Assembly (NCBI GenBank): GCA_017515985.1
Contig: JAFWDV010000009.1
Coordinates: 46,832-110,831 of the forward strand
DNA: 64,000 nt
Source of the DNA: Clostridia bacterium
GTDB lineage: Bacteria; Bacillota; Clostridia; TANB77; CAG-508
Direction of reading: 5' to 3'
The notes beneath the pieces are model-generated. The model was not told where the DNA came from. It saw only the letters and a list, made by a program, of their open reading frames with translations, and searched no databases. The position numbers were made by a program, and so were the translations under genes. This document shows positions 9,980 to 19,794 of the stretch, piece by piece (within the stretch, counting starts at the first letter, position 1; each line of letters begins with the position of its first letter).

Positions 9980-10777
9980 TTAATGCTCTATTTTTTTAGC
10001 TCTCATGTATACACATACACCAAGACCTATAAACGCAACTATTGAAATAACAACGTTAAATCCATCTCCTGTAGCTGGTAATCCTGATTTTTTACTACTT
10101 TTACTTCCGCTTCCAGATTCTCCATCAACGCTGTATTCATCATCTGATGAGTAATCTGAATCCGAACCATTTCCGCTACCAGATCCTTGGCTGCTTCCAC
10201 CATTTCCATTTATTTCTTCATCAATTATATCAATTACAGATTTATCATTGCTTGAACTTCCACCACCTTGGTTGTTTACATCTGTTCTTGTAACAGCAAC
10301 TGAATCAACCTCAAAATATCCATTACTGTTATAATCCTGCCATTTAATTAGATAATTTCCACCAATTAATCCGGTAACTTTAAATTTTACTTTAATAATT
10401 ATATATTCTCCTGGATCAAACTGGCTATCCTGTGCAATACTATATCCTATTGCTTTCAAATCATCTCTAGCAACTACTTGTCCTTTATTACTATCTTCAT
10501 CTTTGTAAAATATCATACAGTCCTTTGTGCTACCCACTTCAACAAAAGTCAAGTTTGAATCATACGAAATTCTCCCCTGAGTTCCATATATTTTCCCATT
10601 TACTCTTATTCTTAAAGTAAGTTCAACTATATCGTTTGTAGCTACATCCGTTTTGTCTATCTCCATATAATATTCATTGTTGTTTGCATCAGTATATGCA
10701 CAGCTTTTATTTGGTATAGAAAACACTGTAAAAACAACAATCAATAGTAGTATGGATAACATTTTCTTTACTTTCAT
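9980..10777 (-). CDS. sortase-anchored (LPATG) cell-wall protein with a single cohesin-like domain
   Basis: 265 aa; signal peptide; cohesin-like core (GTQGRISYDSNLTFVEVGS ... YIIIKVKFKVTG); G/S-rich linker; LPATG + hydrophobic stretch + RAKKIEH sorting signal; strong RBS AAGGAGGTG. Confidence 0.6.
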   Translation of the reverse strand: MKVKKMLSILLLIVVFTVFSIPNKSCAYTDANNNEYYMEIDKTDVATNDIVELTLRIRVNGKIYGTQGRISYDSNLTFVEVGSTKDCMIFYKDEDSNKGQVVARDDLKAIGYSIAQDSQFDPGEYIIIKVKFKVTGLIGGNYLIKWQDYNSNGYFEVDSVAVTRTDVNNQGGGSSSNDKSVIDIIDEEINGNGGSSQGSGSGNGSDSDYSSDDEYSVDGESGSGSKSSKKSGLPATGDGFNVVISIVAFIGLGVCVYMRAKKIEH

Positions 10778-10853
10778 GAAAAATTACACCTCCTTATGCA
10801 ATTTTATATTTTGTTCAACGTAATTTCAATATCTGAAGTACAAATCATAAAAA

Positions 10854-10882
10854 TGTAATATTTTTGTAATACGTTTGTAATA
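10854..10882. promoter_or_regulatory. three direct TGTAATA repeats at exact 11-bp spacing upstream of the cohesin/dockerin operon
   Basis: TGTAATA at 10854, 10865, 10876; 77-100 nt upstream of start codon of 9980..10777. Confidence 0.3.
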
Positions 10883-10931
10883 TTTAATAAACCTGAAAAA
10901 ACAAACAACAAAGAAATTTTCCACAAAAAAA

Positions 10932-10957
10932 ACTGTTTGAATCATCTTTCAAACAGT
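10932..10957. terminator. bidirectional rho-independent terminator
   Basis: perfect 10-bp stem actgtttgaa / ttcaaacagt flanked by A-tract and T10-tract; just downstream of 10981..11991. Confidence 0.6.
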
Positions 10958-10980
10958 CTTTTTTTTTTTATTATTTAATT

Positions 10981-11991
10981 TTACCAAGTTACTGCAATAT
11001 CTAAACTTCCACCTGGACAGAAATCAACTACATATCCCATTCCAAGTGTTGTAGGAACATAGCTCTTATATGGATATTTACTTAAGTTTGGAGATGCAAC
11101 CATAACATAACCATTATATGTTTTAACTCCATCGCTTCTAACTCCATATCCATCACTTGAAAGACCTAAAAGTCTTAAACATCCACCCATATATAAGTTG
11201 TAATATGTTTCTCTGTATCCTGATGGTGATTCTGATGCCTTTACAACTCCGGCACTTCTTGTAAGTTTTTTACCAGACCATGTATAACCATCTGGATTTT
11301 CTGTTTGTGCAGGCGTATTGTCGTCATCATTAACAGAATCGCTGCTTCTTGAAGTAACTACTGGTTGAACTCTTTTTGTTCTGATTTCTTTAATACAATT
11401 TACAGGCTCTTCTATAACTTTCTCTGCTATTTGTGTTTTTTCTTCTTCATTACCTTCAACTAATTTGATTTTGTAATAAATTTCTTTCTTACCATCTTTA
11501 CCTTTTTGTGTTATAGTTTCAACTTTTTCGCCATCGCCAGTTGATAAATCTTTAACTTCAGTTTCATGTGGTATAGTAACTTCTTCTTTAGCAATTTTTT
11601 CAGATACTGTGTTATATTCAGCTAACACGTCTTCTATATTTTCATTTTGATTCATACTTTGTACATTTGCTTCTTCACCGTTGCTTTTAAATATTCTGAT
11701 TGTTTTATTGTCTGATATTTCATCGTCATATTTAGGTACAACTGTTTCGTCAGATAATAATACAATATGATTTTCATCTAATATTTCTGAAACTTTGCTT
11801 TTTGATGTTATAATATCTAGCTCCATTCCATCTGCATAAATTATTTTTACTTTGTTTAGTTTAGCTCCAGTGGCCATAACACTTATTCCCATAATGAATA
11901 GTAGTGCTATAGTCATCACAATCACCTTTTTCAGCGATATTGTAGCTTTTTCATTTATTCCCATAAAAAAATCCTTTCTGTTTTTCAACAT
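10981..11991 (-). CDS. YabE-like cell-wall protein (DUF348 - G5 - 3D domain architecture)
   Basis: 336 aa; N-terminal TM; DUF348-like KVKIIYADGMELDIITSKSKVSEIL; G5-like EEVTIPHETEV...; C-terminal GYVVDFCPGGSLDIAVTW resembles 3D domain motif. Confidence 0.55.
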   Translation of the reverse strand: MLKNRKDFFMGINEKATISLKKVIVMTIALLFIMGISVMATGAKLNKVKIIYADGMELDIITSKSKVSEILDENHIVLLSDETVVPKYDDEISDNKTIRIFKSNGEEANVQSMNQNENIEDVLAEYNTVSEKIAKEEVTIPHETEVKDLSTGDGEKVETITQKGKDGKKEIYYKIKLVEGNEEEKTQIAEKVIEEPVNCIKEIRTKRVQPVVTSRSSDSVNDDDNTPAQTENPDGYTWSGKKLTRSAGVVKASESPSGYRETYYNLYMGGCLRLLGLSSDGYGVRSDGVKTYNGYVMVASPNLSKYPYKSYVPTTLGMGYVVDFCPGGSLDIAVTW

Positions 11992-12081
11992 AACTATTAT
12001 ATCACTTTTTTAAAATTTGTCAAATTTTCATAAAAATGTTTAATATTTATATTGTAGGGAAATACTGTCTATTACTTATTT

Positions 12082-12909
12082 TTACATCCCTGTAAGGCTT
12101 ATTACATATTCTTCTTTAGTATCTTCCTCTACTGCATTTTTTAGTTTTTTAACTGCTTCTTCTTTTGTATATTGCTCTGTATAAAGTGGTAATTCACTTT
12201 CTTCTATGGATTGTACATTTACACATAATTGATCTTTAAATCCAGCCTCATTATCTTCTTTACTTCTGTTCCAATACTGAACAATATACATCTGCAATTT
12301 TTCTGTATTTAAAAATGTATAATTATACCATCTATTTGAAGACTCATCTTCATTTTCATCTTTTGTTTTGTTTATAAGATAATTATATTCTAGATTGTTT
12401 ACTATATTATCCATTTCCGCTAAGTTTTTTGAAAGAGTTCCATAAATAGCTGTATCATCAATTTTTAGTATTTTATATAATTCATCAAATATTTCATCTT
12501 TTTCATCAACTGAATAAACAGCATAAGCATTATGCATATCAAACTCAATATAATATTTACTTCCTGTAGTTTCCCCAAGTTTATCCTGCACTTTAGAGCT
12601 CATAACAAATTCTTTGAAATTTGGAAAATCGTTAAGATTCATACTATCTTTGCTATATCTAGTATTTCCTTGCTCATCACTCACATTATAATTAAATAAA
12701 CCTTCTTTAGTACTTATGTGTACACTTTCTCTATCAAATCCAATGTGTATAGATTCACACTCTTCATATTTTTCTGGCTTTTTGAAAACCTCTTCTTGGC
12801 CCTCTACGTCACCGTTATTTACAGCATTATTTTCATTATTCTTCTTACATCCTGTTAAACACATTATTCCAACTATCACCATAATCATTAAAGGTATTAT
12901 TTTTTTCAT
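12082..12909 (-). CDS. lipoprotein, function unknown
   Basis: 275 aa; lipobox LTGC after signal peptide. Confidence 0.5.
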   Translation of the reverse strand: MKKIIPLMIMVIVGIMCLTGCKKNNENNAVNNGDVEGQEEVFKKPEKYEECESIHIGFDRESVHISTKEGLFNYNVSDEQGNTRYSKDSMNLNDFPNFKEFVMSSKVQDKLGETTGSKYYIEFDMHNAYAVYSVDEKDEIFDELYKILKIDDTAIYGTLSKNLAEMDNIVNNLEYNYLINKTKDENEDESSNRWYNYTFLNTEKLQMYIVQYWNRSKEDNEAGFKDQLCVNVQSIEESELPLYTEQYTKEEAVKKLKNAVEEDTKEEYVISLTGM

Positions 12910-12966
12910 AAGTAACCCTCCTTATATTTTCATTCATATGTATATTAAAAACACTTCTATATAAAT

Positions 12967-15108
12967 TTAACATCCTTGAGATTTTATTGTGCTATCTATT
13001 TGATTCAAATTATTTATAAATCTCTTAACTGCCTTTGTTGTTTTTATATTACCAATTATAGGTATCACACCAGTATTTTGAAGCTTTAATGAATTTGCTC
13101 TGTTAATTTGTATAACGCGTTTTAATTCATTATTCTTTTCTTGCACCATATTTATTTGTGCTTTACTAAATAGCTTCCTCTTTTCTTTACCTAAAACAAG
13201 TTGTGGTAAATTGCGTTGTTGCTCAATTTTCTCTTTTGTTTTTTTACTTAGCTTTAATTGATCAGTCATACCTTTTATCTGGCTATTTGATTCAAGATTT
13301 CTTAAATACATTTTTACATCTGTTAAGCAACTTTCATCATCTTCTGTTTTAATATATGCGTACATATCTGAAAGTCCATCTTCAATCGTATAATATGAAT
13401 TGCTAGAAAACTGAGACTCAGTTAGTATTAATTGCTCTTTAAGATTAATATTATCAAGCTTGGCTTGTTTTAATTTTGCTTTTCCTATCAATTTACTGAA
13501 AAAAGAGCACTTTTCACTTTCTATTTCTTTTCTCTGTTTATCTAATTTTTTCAATTTAGCATCTGTAATCATTTTCTGAGCATTTTTATTAAAACAAACA
13601 GTATAGATGCTCTTCATTTCCTCGCCATACTCCATTGTAACACTTTTATCATCTGATATTCTTTTTAAATCCTTTAGCAATTCATTTGTATAATTCAAAT
13701 TGTCTATTGCATCAGCACTTTCAACTTTTTTTCTTAGAACAAAAGAGCCCTGTTTTATTGAATTAATATTTGAATTAATAGCATCATCATTAATTCTATC
13801 TATGTTAAGCTCAACATTAGTTCTATTCGATAAATCGATAATATTTGATTCTTCCGTTTTTAACTTATAATATGTCATTTCAATATTATCTGCTATATTT
13901 TTAATCTGAGAGTCAGCTAATTCTTTTGCCTTCTTTATTATTTCGTTTACATCTTCTTCAGCATCTGCCTTATTAGCTTGAACTTTTACTACTTTTTGAG
14001 TACTCGCACTTTGCACTGGTTCCCTAACCGAAGTCTTTTTCTTGCTTTCTTTAATCGGAACCACCTTTGAAACAGATTCATATTGAACTTGTTTTTTAAT
14101 GGTATTTGCTTCCTTTGCGCTAGCCTTTTTCTCAGTTTTATTTGCTTCCAATTCCTTTTGCTTAACTAATTTTATCATTTTTTTCAATATTACATCATAT
14201 GTAACATTTTCTAAATCAATCTTATCCGTGATTTTATCTTCTATACCATATTGACAAATCTTTTTGTAGTATTTAATAAACATTTCATAATTAGGAAATA
14301 TTTTTCCCATTACCAAAAATAAATCAACAGATTCTTCATTTTCTTTATAGCTTAACCCAATTTTTGCCATATTATCCAGTCTTTTCTTTAAACTGTCTTC
14401 ATTTTTATATTCCTTTGGTAAATAGCTATTCTTAATAAAGTTCTCAAGCTCTTTCTTAGAGGTAATTTCAATTTTTTTATCTTCATATTTTAAGATATAA
14501 TTGCTCTCATTATCATTATCAACCTTTTTCATTTTTAATTTAGAGCCATATATCTCAAAAAGCATATTTACGAGGTAAATTATATCTGTATCTTTTGGTA
14601 ATGATCTAACGACAGCCGAATAAGTATACTGTTTATTAATCATAAGCTTTTCTTCTTTTGAATCAGCTCTGGACATTTCTAATAAATATTTTATCATCAC
14701 AAGAGCCAATCTAGCTATACCATCTTTTACAAAAAACTTACCATTATCCTCTAATAACTCGATATTTCCACTATTTTCAGTTTTATTAACCTTTTTTAAG
14801 TCTTTGATATAATAATTTGGATTTTTAAAATATAATCTAACTATCTCATCAGTTTTTTCGCTATCTGAGAATATTTCAATCCATGTTTTATTATCTAGCT
14901 TTAAGTCAATTGTTCCATAAAGATTTTTTAGTCTAAAATACTTTTCTTTTGGAATTGTTAAATCTGGATTATTCAAAAATTTTAAATTTTCTCTAGGTAT
15001 TTTTGTTTGTATGCTATTAGATTTTATCTGCAACTCTGCAGGTAAATTCTCCACATTTAAACCAATACTATTAAAAAAACTTTTTTTCTGTAAAGATATT
15101 TTTTGCAT
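12967..15108 (-). CDS. large Lys-rich coiled-coil protein, possible N-terminal ParB/Srx-like motif; partner of DnaB-like gene
   Basis: 713 aa; ELLEDNGKFFVKDGIARLALV resembles the ParB/Srx DGxxR core; long coiled-coil-like K/E-rich central region; 13-nt gap to upstream gene. Confidence 0.45.
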   Translation of the reverse strand: MQKISLQKKSFFNSIGLNVENLPAELQIKSNSIQTKIPRENLKFLNNPDLTIPKEKYFRLKNLYGTIDLKLDNKTWIEIFSDSEKTDEIVRLYFKNPNYYIKDLKKVNKTENSGNIELLEDNGKFFVKDGIARLALVMIKYLLEMSRADSKEEKLMINKQYTYSAVVRSLPKDTDIIYLVNMLFEIYGSKLKMKKVDNDNESNYILKYEDKKIEITSKKELENFIKNSYLPKEYKNEDSLKKRLDNMAKIGLSYKENEESVDLFLVMGKIFPNYEMFIKYYKKICQYGIEDKITDKIDLENVTYDVILKKMIKLVKQKELEANKTEKKASAKEANTIKKQVQYESVSKVVPIKESKKKTSVREPVQSASTQKVVKVQANKADAEEDVNEIIKKAKELADSQIKNIADNIEMTYYKLKTEESNIIDLSNRTNVELNIDRINDDAINSNINSIKQGSFVLRKKVESADAIDNLNYTNELLKDLKRISDDKSVTMEYGEEMKSIYTVCFNKNAQKMITDAKLKKLDKQRKEIESEKCSFFSKLIGKAKLKQAKLDNINLKEQLILTESQFSSNSYYTIEDGLSDMYAYIKTEDDESCLTDVKMYLRNLESNSQIKGMTDQLKLSKKTKEKIEQQRNLPQLVLGKEKRKLFSKAQINMVQEKNNELKRVIQINRANSLKLQNTGVIPIIGNIKTTKAVKRFINNLNQIDSTIKSQGC

Positions 15109-15121
15109 AAATTCTACGACC

Positions 15122-16663
15122 TCATTTCAACTTTTGTTTCATTCTTAAGTACCCAAGCTCAAACCATTCATTATATGCTAGATTTAATCTAAACAACAAT
15201 CTAGGCTTAGCTCCTGCCCTATTCTTATCAACTACACATGCGTAGTATCTTACATCAGGATCTTCATAAACTTTAATATCCTTATATTGTTTTGCTTCCT
15301 CTATTTCAGAATATTCATAATCTTTAAAAGAATCATTCGTTATTTGCTTAAATAAACATAGCGTGTCCAAAACTTCCTTTACTGTCCTGCTAGCAGACAT
15401 ATCGTTTATCGTAAGATTCAGTGGTGTTGTTGTATTTTCTAGAAGTTGTATCGTTGAACCAATAAATATTTTGTACTTTTGTGCAAGATTAGAAAGTATG
15501 GTTGCTGTTTTCTTTATTTCATCGCCATCACCAATATGATTTATATCATTTTTTAGCGTATCATAAAAAACATATTCTACGCCTTCCTTGTAATAGTAGT
15601 TAATTATTATCTTGTTCAAATCATCGTTGGTATGATCTGCAATATGCATAAAGCAAATTGGATTATTCTTCTGATTTTCAAGCCATTCAGTAGCTTTTAC
15701 TACATTGTTAAAATCTGAAGAATACTTTGCAAGTCTTTTAACAAATTGTTCATGCGTTTCATTTTCTAACTTTAGTATATATCCCTTATCATCAACTTTA
15801 ACGGCTTTTTTATTATCAGGTCTATACTTAAACTCAAGGAGCTCTCCTTCTGAAACTCTAATTTTACAACCTATCTTTTTCTGTATTACAGGATTATTGA
15901 TTATAGTTGTTATCAAACAAAGCTTCATCTTATCTTCAGACATTTCATTTGAAATTATAAGAACTTTTTTATTTTGTACAAATGCCATATGAGCAGCCAT
16001 GTTGATTGTAAATCTACTTTTACCACTATTTGATGGCATTGAAAAAGACATAGTTTCGCCAAGCCTAATACCTTTAAAAACATCTGTTAATATCTTAAAT
16101 GGCAAATCAATTCCGCTTGTTAATGTATTATCTGCTGCTAATAGGAAATCTGTAACATTTGAGTTTAATCTTCCTTCACTAATTCCCCTTTTAACACCAA
16201 CTTCAGAAACTATATTTTCAAGCTCATCAATAGTCATTTCCTTGTATCTTTTGTATGACTTTATTTTCAAAATCTCATCTTGAACTTTCTTAGTTGGAGC
16301 ATTTAAATAGTATTTTTTTAGCAAGAATAACTTTTTTATTTTTACAAATATTGTTTCAATGTTATATTTATTTTCTATTGCTTCCTTCTTAAGTTTTTCC
16401 TTAAATCTATATATTTCATCAGATGTTTTGGGATACGTAAATGCTCTTTTTATTTTTTCTGGTGCAAAAGTTCCACCCTCAGTAAATAAAATACTTTTGT
16501 AAGCATTCAATGCCATCTCATCTGAAAATTGACTATCTTCATATGATAAATAATATTTAGCAATTGATTTTGGACTTTCTAGCAAAAGACCAATATACGC
16601 GTACTCTAATTTAACATTTTTAAGCTCAATTGGATATTTTTCTTCTACTTTTTTTGTACCCAA
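15122..16663 (-). CDS. DnaB-like helicase family protein with atypical Walker A
   Basis: 513 aa; N-terminal DnaB-N-like region (EYAYIGLLLESPKSIAKYY); C-terminal RecA-like core GETMSFSMPSNSGKSRFTINMAAHMA...VLIISNEMS aligns to DnaB H1/Walker A but with Met in place of the first Gly/Ala; EYVFYDTLK as candidate Walker B. Confidence 0.6.
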   Translation of the reverse strand: MGTKKVEEKYPIELKNVKLEYAYIGLLLESPKSIAKYYLSYEDSQFSDEMALNAYKSILFTEGGTFAPEKIKRAFTYPKTSDEIYRFKEKLKKEAIENKYNIETIFVKIKKLFLLKKYYLNAPTKKVQDEILKIKSYKRYKEMTIDELENIVSEVGVKRGISEGRLNSNVTDFLLAADNTLTSGIDLPFKILTDVFKGIRLGETMSFSMPSNSGKSRFTINMAAHMAFVQNKKVLIISNEMSEDKMKLCLITTIINNPVIQKKIGCKIRVSEGELLEFKYRPDNKKAVKVDDKGYILKLENETHEQFVKRLAKYSSDFNNVVKATEWLENQKNNPICFMHIADHTNDDLNKIIINYYYKEGVEYVFYDTLKNDINHIGDGDEIKKTATILSNLAQKYKIFIGSTIQLLENTTTPLNLTINDMSASRTVKEVLDTLCLFKQITNDSFKDYEYSEIEEAKQYKDIKVYEDPDVRYYACVVDKNRAGAKPRLLFRLNLAYNEWFELGYLRMKQKLK

Positions 16664-16683
16664 CTCTTAATTCCTCCTTGGTA

Positions 16684-17400
16684 TTATTTTACAGACCCCC
16701 ATTTGTTTAGTGGCCAAAATCTAAATACTGCTTTACCTTCAATCTTATCTATAGGAATACAACCAAATAATCTGCTATCACCTGATACATCTCTATGGTC
16801 ACCTAAAACATATACATATCCATCAGGTACCACAACATCAGTAAAACATCCATTTTTTGAAGTTGTTATAGTTCCAGGGTCTAAATAATTCTCTTCTAAT
16901 TTTTGACCGTTAACATAGACTGAATTATCCTTTATTTCAACATGATCACCAGGTAGTCCTATAACTCTTTTTATGTAGCTGGTTTCTCCAAATAGTGATA
17001 TTGCTGAAATTAACTTTTCAAAAAATCCTTTTCCATTTTCATTATATATAGCAACCGGATTATTTAAATCTGCATTTACTTTTGTTATTGCTTTTTCGGC
17101 TGGAGCTTCAAAAGTAATAATATCATTTTTCTTAGGGTATTTATTAATTTCAATGCCAATTCTACTTACCCATAGTCTTTGACCATCCTTTAACGTAGAA
17201 TCCATAGAGGCACCACTAACCACTGTTGGAAAGCCTATAAAAGCTTTAATTATAGCAACAATTATTAGAGCTATTAATATACATATTAACCACTCCATTA
17301 ATTCTTTACGTTTCTTTGATTCCATTACAACTCTTCCTTCCGTTTTCATATGCGTTCTATAAATTGAATTCATTATACACTTAAATTTGTTTGTATACAA
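16684..17400 (-). CDS. signal peptidase I (S26 family)
   Basis: 238 aa; GASMDSTL and GDHRDVSGDSR catalytic boxes; true start probably at MESKKRK (about 17325). Confidence 0.8.
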   Translation of the reverse strand: MYTNKFKCIMNSIYRTHMKTEGRVVMESKKRKELMEWLICILIALIIVAIIKAFIGFPTVVSGASMDSTLKDGQRLWVSRIGIEINKYPKKNDIITFEAPAEKAITKVNADLNNPVAIYNENGKGFFEKLISAISLFGETSYIKRVIGLPGDHVEIKDNSVYVNGQKLEENYLDPGTITTSKNGCFTDVVVPDGYVYVLGDHRDVSGDSRLFGCIPIDKIEGKAVFRFWPLNKWGSVK

Positions 17401-17455
17401 TATAAAATTAAACGTTTTTGTTTTATTTTTACTAAAAAAATATTATTAAAATTTT

Positions 17456-17842
17456 CTATCTGTTTAACAGTATTTGTGCTTGATCTATTAACTTAGGTAA
17501 GAATATTATAAGCCCTACAACAGCAACGTTGATAGCCAAAATAAATACTGCTCCTGCTGATATATCTTTTGCTTTTTTTGCTAATTCATTTTTTTCTCTA
17601 GTATATAAATCTACAACAGTTTCAATTCCAGTATTTATAAGCTCCGCAAATAATACTAATGCAATACATAAGATACAAACAATCCATTCTATGCAACTTA
17701 TTCTAAAACAAAAGCCACATATTATTACTAAAATAGCTATTGCAAAATCAATTTTTACATTCTTTTCTGTTTTTAAAGCTGATAAAATTCCTCTAATTGC
17801 ACAAACAAACATATTGCTCTTTTTTTCATTTTCTAATTTCAT
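17456..17842 (-). CDS. dgkA: diacylglycerol/undecaprenol kinase (prokaryotic DagK family)
   Basis: 128 aa, three TM helices, AELINTGIETVVDL motif. Confidence 0.75.
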   Translation of the reverse strand: MKLENEKKSNMFVCAIRGILSALKTEKNVKIDFAIAILVIICGFCFRISCIEWIVCILCIALVLFAELINTGIETVVDLYTREKNELAKKAKDISAGAVFILAINVAVVGLIIFLPKLIDQAQILLNR

Positions 17843-17921
17843 ATTCTACCTCTTTCCCATTAGCATAAAAAAGTGATTCCAAATGATTTTTACATTTAGA
17901 ATCACCATAAATACACATAGA

Positions 17922-19766
17922 TTAAATTTCCTTTTGAATCTCTTTATATCTTTTTATTTTCATAGTAGTAGTCATCTCAAAATCATCCTTTTTAATCTCA
18001 AGTTTTTTAATTGCCTTGTATGATGTAAGATCTTTATTAAGCTCTTTAATAATTGTCCATATAACGTTATAAATCTCATCATCAGACAAATTGTCTTTTC
18101 CAAGTTTTTCCTGTATTTCTGGTATGTTTGGAAGTACTCTTGCAGTAATCACAAGTTCCTTGCTATCATCCTGATTCTTTCCGTATATCATACATTCTTT
18201 TATTTCATTATGTTTTTTAAGTAATCCTTCGATTTCTTCTGGATATATGTTTTTACCATTTTGAGTAACTATTACATTCTTGCTTCTACCTGTTATGTAT
18301 AAGAAACCGTCTTTATCTAGATATCCAACATCACCTGAATTAAACCATCCATCCTCTGATATAACCTCATCTGTTGCTTCTTTATCTTCATAATATCCAA
18401 GCATTAAAGTATCGCTTTTAATTAATACTTCTCCTTCGCCTTTTTCATTTGGATTTTTGATTTTTATCTCTGCACAATTAACTGCTTTTCCAGCAGAGCC
18501 AACTCTTGCATCATAATCTGGCGTTAAAGCTGCAATTGGTGCCGTTTCCGTTAATCCATATCCTTGTAAGAATGTAATACCTATATCTTGAACCCATTTT
18601 CCTACTTTTGGATCGACTGGAGCCGCAGCAGATACTATAATTCTTAGTCTACCACCAAAATTATCAAAAATCTCTTTGAATACCCTCTTCTTTAAGTCAA
18701 TTCCAATGGTTTTAATTGCATTAGTAACATGAATCATAGAGTTAACCATTGACGTTTTACCACTTTTTTCTATAGATTTATTTACATTTTTATGAATGTT
18801 CTCAATTAAAAGAGGAACACATAAAATTGCTGTTGGACGTGCTTCTTTCATATTTGGTAATATATATTTCAATCCTTCACATATAGCAATAGAAGCTCCC
18901 ATTGCAAACGGATACAAGAATCCTATTGTAGATTCGTATGAATGATGTAAAGGTAACACAGAAAATAATCTATCATCTTCTCTTAAATCAACATACGCTG
19001 TACAAGCATTAATATTTGATGCTAAATTCTTGTTGCACAACATTACACCTTTAGATTGTGAAGTTGTTCCAGAAGTAAAGAACAAAACTTTAAATTCTTC
19101 AGGATCAATTTCTATTTTTTCGAAAGAATTATCTCCAGCATCAACTAGTTTTTTTCCTTCATTAAGCACATGATTTAAACCAACGTCTCTACCTTTTACC
19201 TTATCATCGCAATCCATTTTTATAAAGTATTTAACCATTGGAACATTATCTTTAACTTTATCTATTTCATCTTTTCTTTTTTCAGAATAAATAACAGCAG
19301 TTGCTCTAGATCTCTTTATACAATTTTCAATTTCATTTACAGGAAGCTCTTTATCAAGTGGTACAGCAATACCAGCTCCACATAGCACCGCCATATAAGA
19401 TAAATACCATCCATAAGTTGTTTCACTTATTATTACAATTCTTTCATCTTTTAGATTTAAATATTTAGTTAGTCCTGTACCAAAATTTATTACATCTTTA
19501 CAAAAATCTTTATACTTTATTTCAGTATAAGGAGCCTTATGCTCTTTCTTTTCTAGTAAAAGCGTATTTTCTGGGTATTTTTCCATACTTGAAAAGAAAG
19601 TTTCTTTTATTGTCTTGAACTCTGTTGCGTTATATTGCTTTTTATCTTTTTTAAATTTTTCTGTTTTTTCCTTTTCTTTTTCCAAGTTAATATCTTCTAC
19701 ATTTTCCATTTCTTTGAATTTAAATTTTGGAAATTTAAATTTTGGTATTTTAATATCTAATCCCAT
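17922..19766 (-). CDS. AMP-dependent synthetase/ligase (long-chain-fatty-acid--CoA ligase family)
   Basis: 614 aa; FTSGTTSQSKGVML AMP-binding motif and C-terminal ligase motifs; N-terminal FKFPKFKFPKFKF extension suggests start codon is called too early. Confidence 0.75.
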   Translation of the reverse strand: MGLDIKIPKFKFPKFKFKEMENVEDINLEKEKEKTEKFKKDKKQYNATEFKTIKETFFSSMEKYPENTLLLEKKEHKAPYTEIKYKDFCKDVINFGTGLTKYLNLKDERIVIISETTYGWYLSYMAVLCGAGIAVPLDKELPVNEIENCIKRSRATAVIYSEKRKDEIDKVKDNVPMVKYFIKMDCDDKVKGRDVGLNHVLNEGKKLVDAGDNSFEKIEIDPEEFKVLFFTSGTTSQSKGVMLCNKNLASNINACTAYVDLREDDRLFSVLPLHHSYESTIGFLYPFAMGASIAICEGLKYILPNMKEARPTAILCVPLLIENIHKNVNKSIEKSGKTSMVNSMIHVTNAIKTIGIDLKKRVFKEIFDNFGGRLRIIVSAAAPVDPKVGKWVQDIGITFLQGYGLTETAPIAALTPDYDARVGSAGKAVNCAEIKIKNPNEKGEGEVLIKSDTLMLGYYEDKEATDEVISEDGWFNSGDVGYLDKDGFLYITGRSKNVIVTQNGKNIYPEEIEGLLKKHNEIKECMIYGKNQDDSKELVITARVLPNIPEIQEKLGKDNLSDDEIYNVIWTIIKELNKDLTSYKAIKKLEIKKDDFEMTTTMKIKRYKEIQKEI

Positions 19767-19794
19767 TTATATTCTCCTCTTATATATATATTTA

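Noticed and set aside
19700-19766. FKFPKFKFPKFKF repeat at the N-terminus of the acyl-CoA synthetase ORF
   Set aside because: Most likely 5' over-extension of the ORF into an AT-rich repetitive leader. The real start is probably a downstream Met, e.g. MENVED or MEKYPE.
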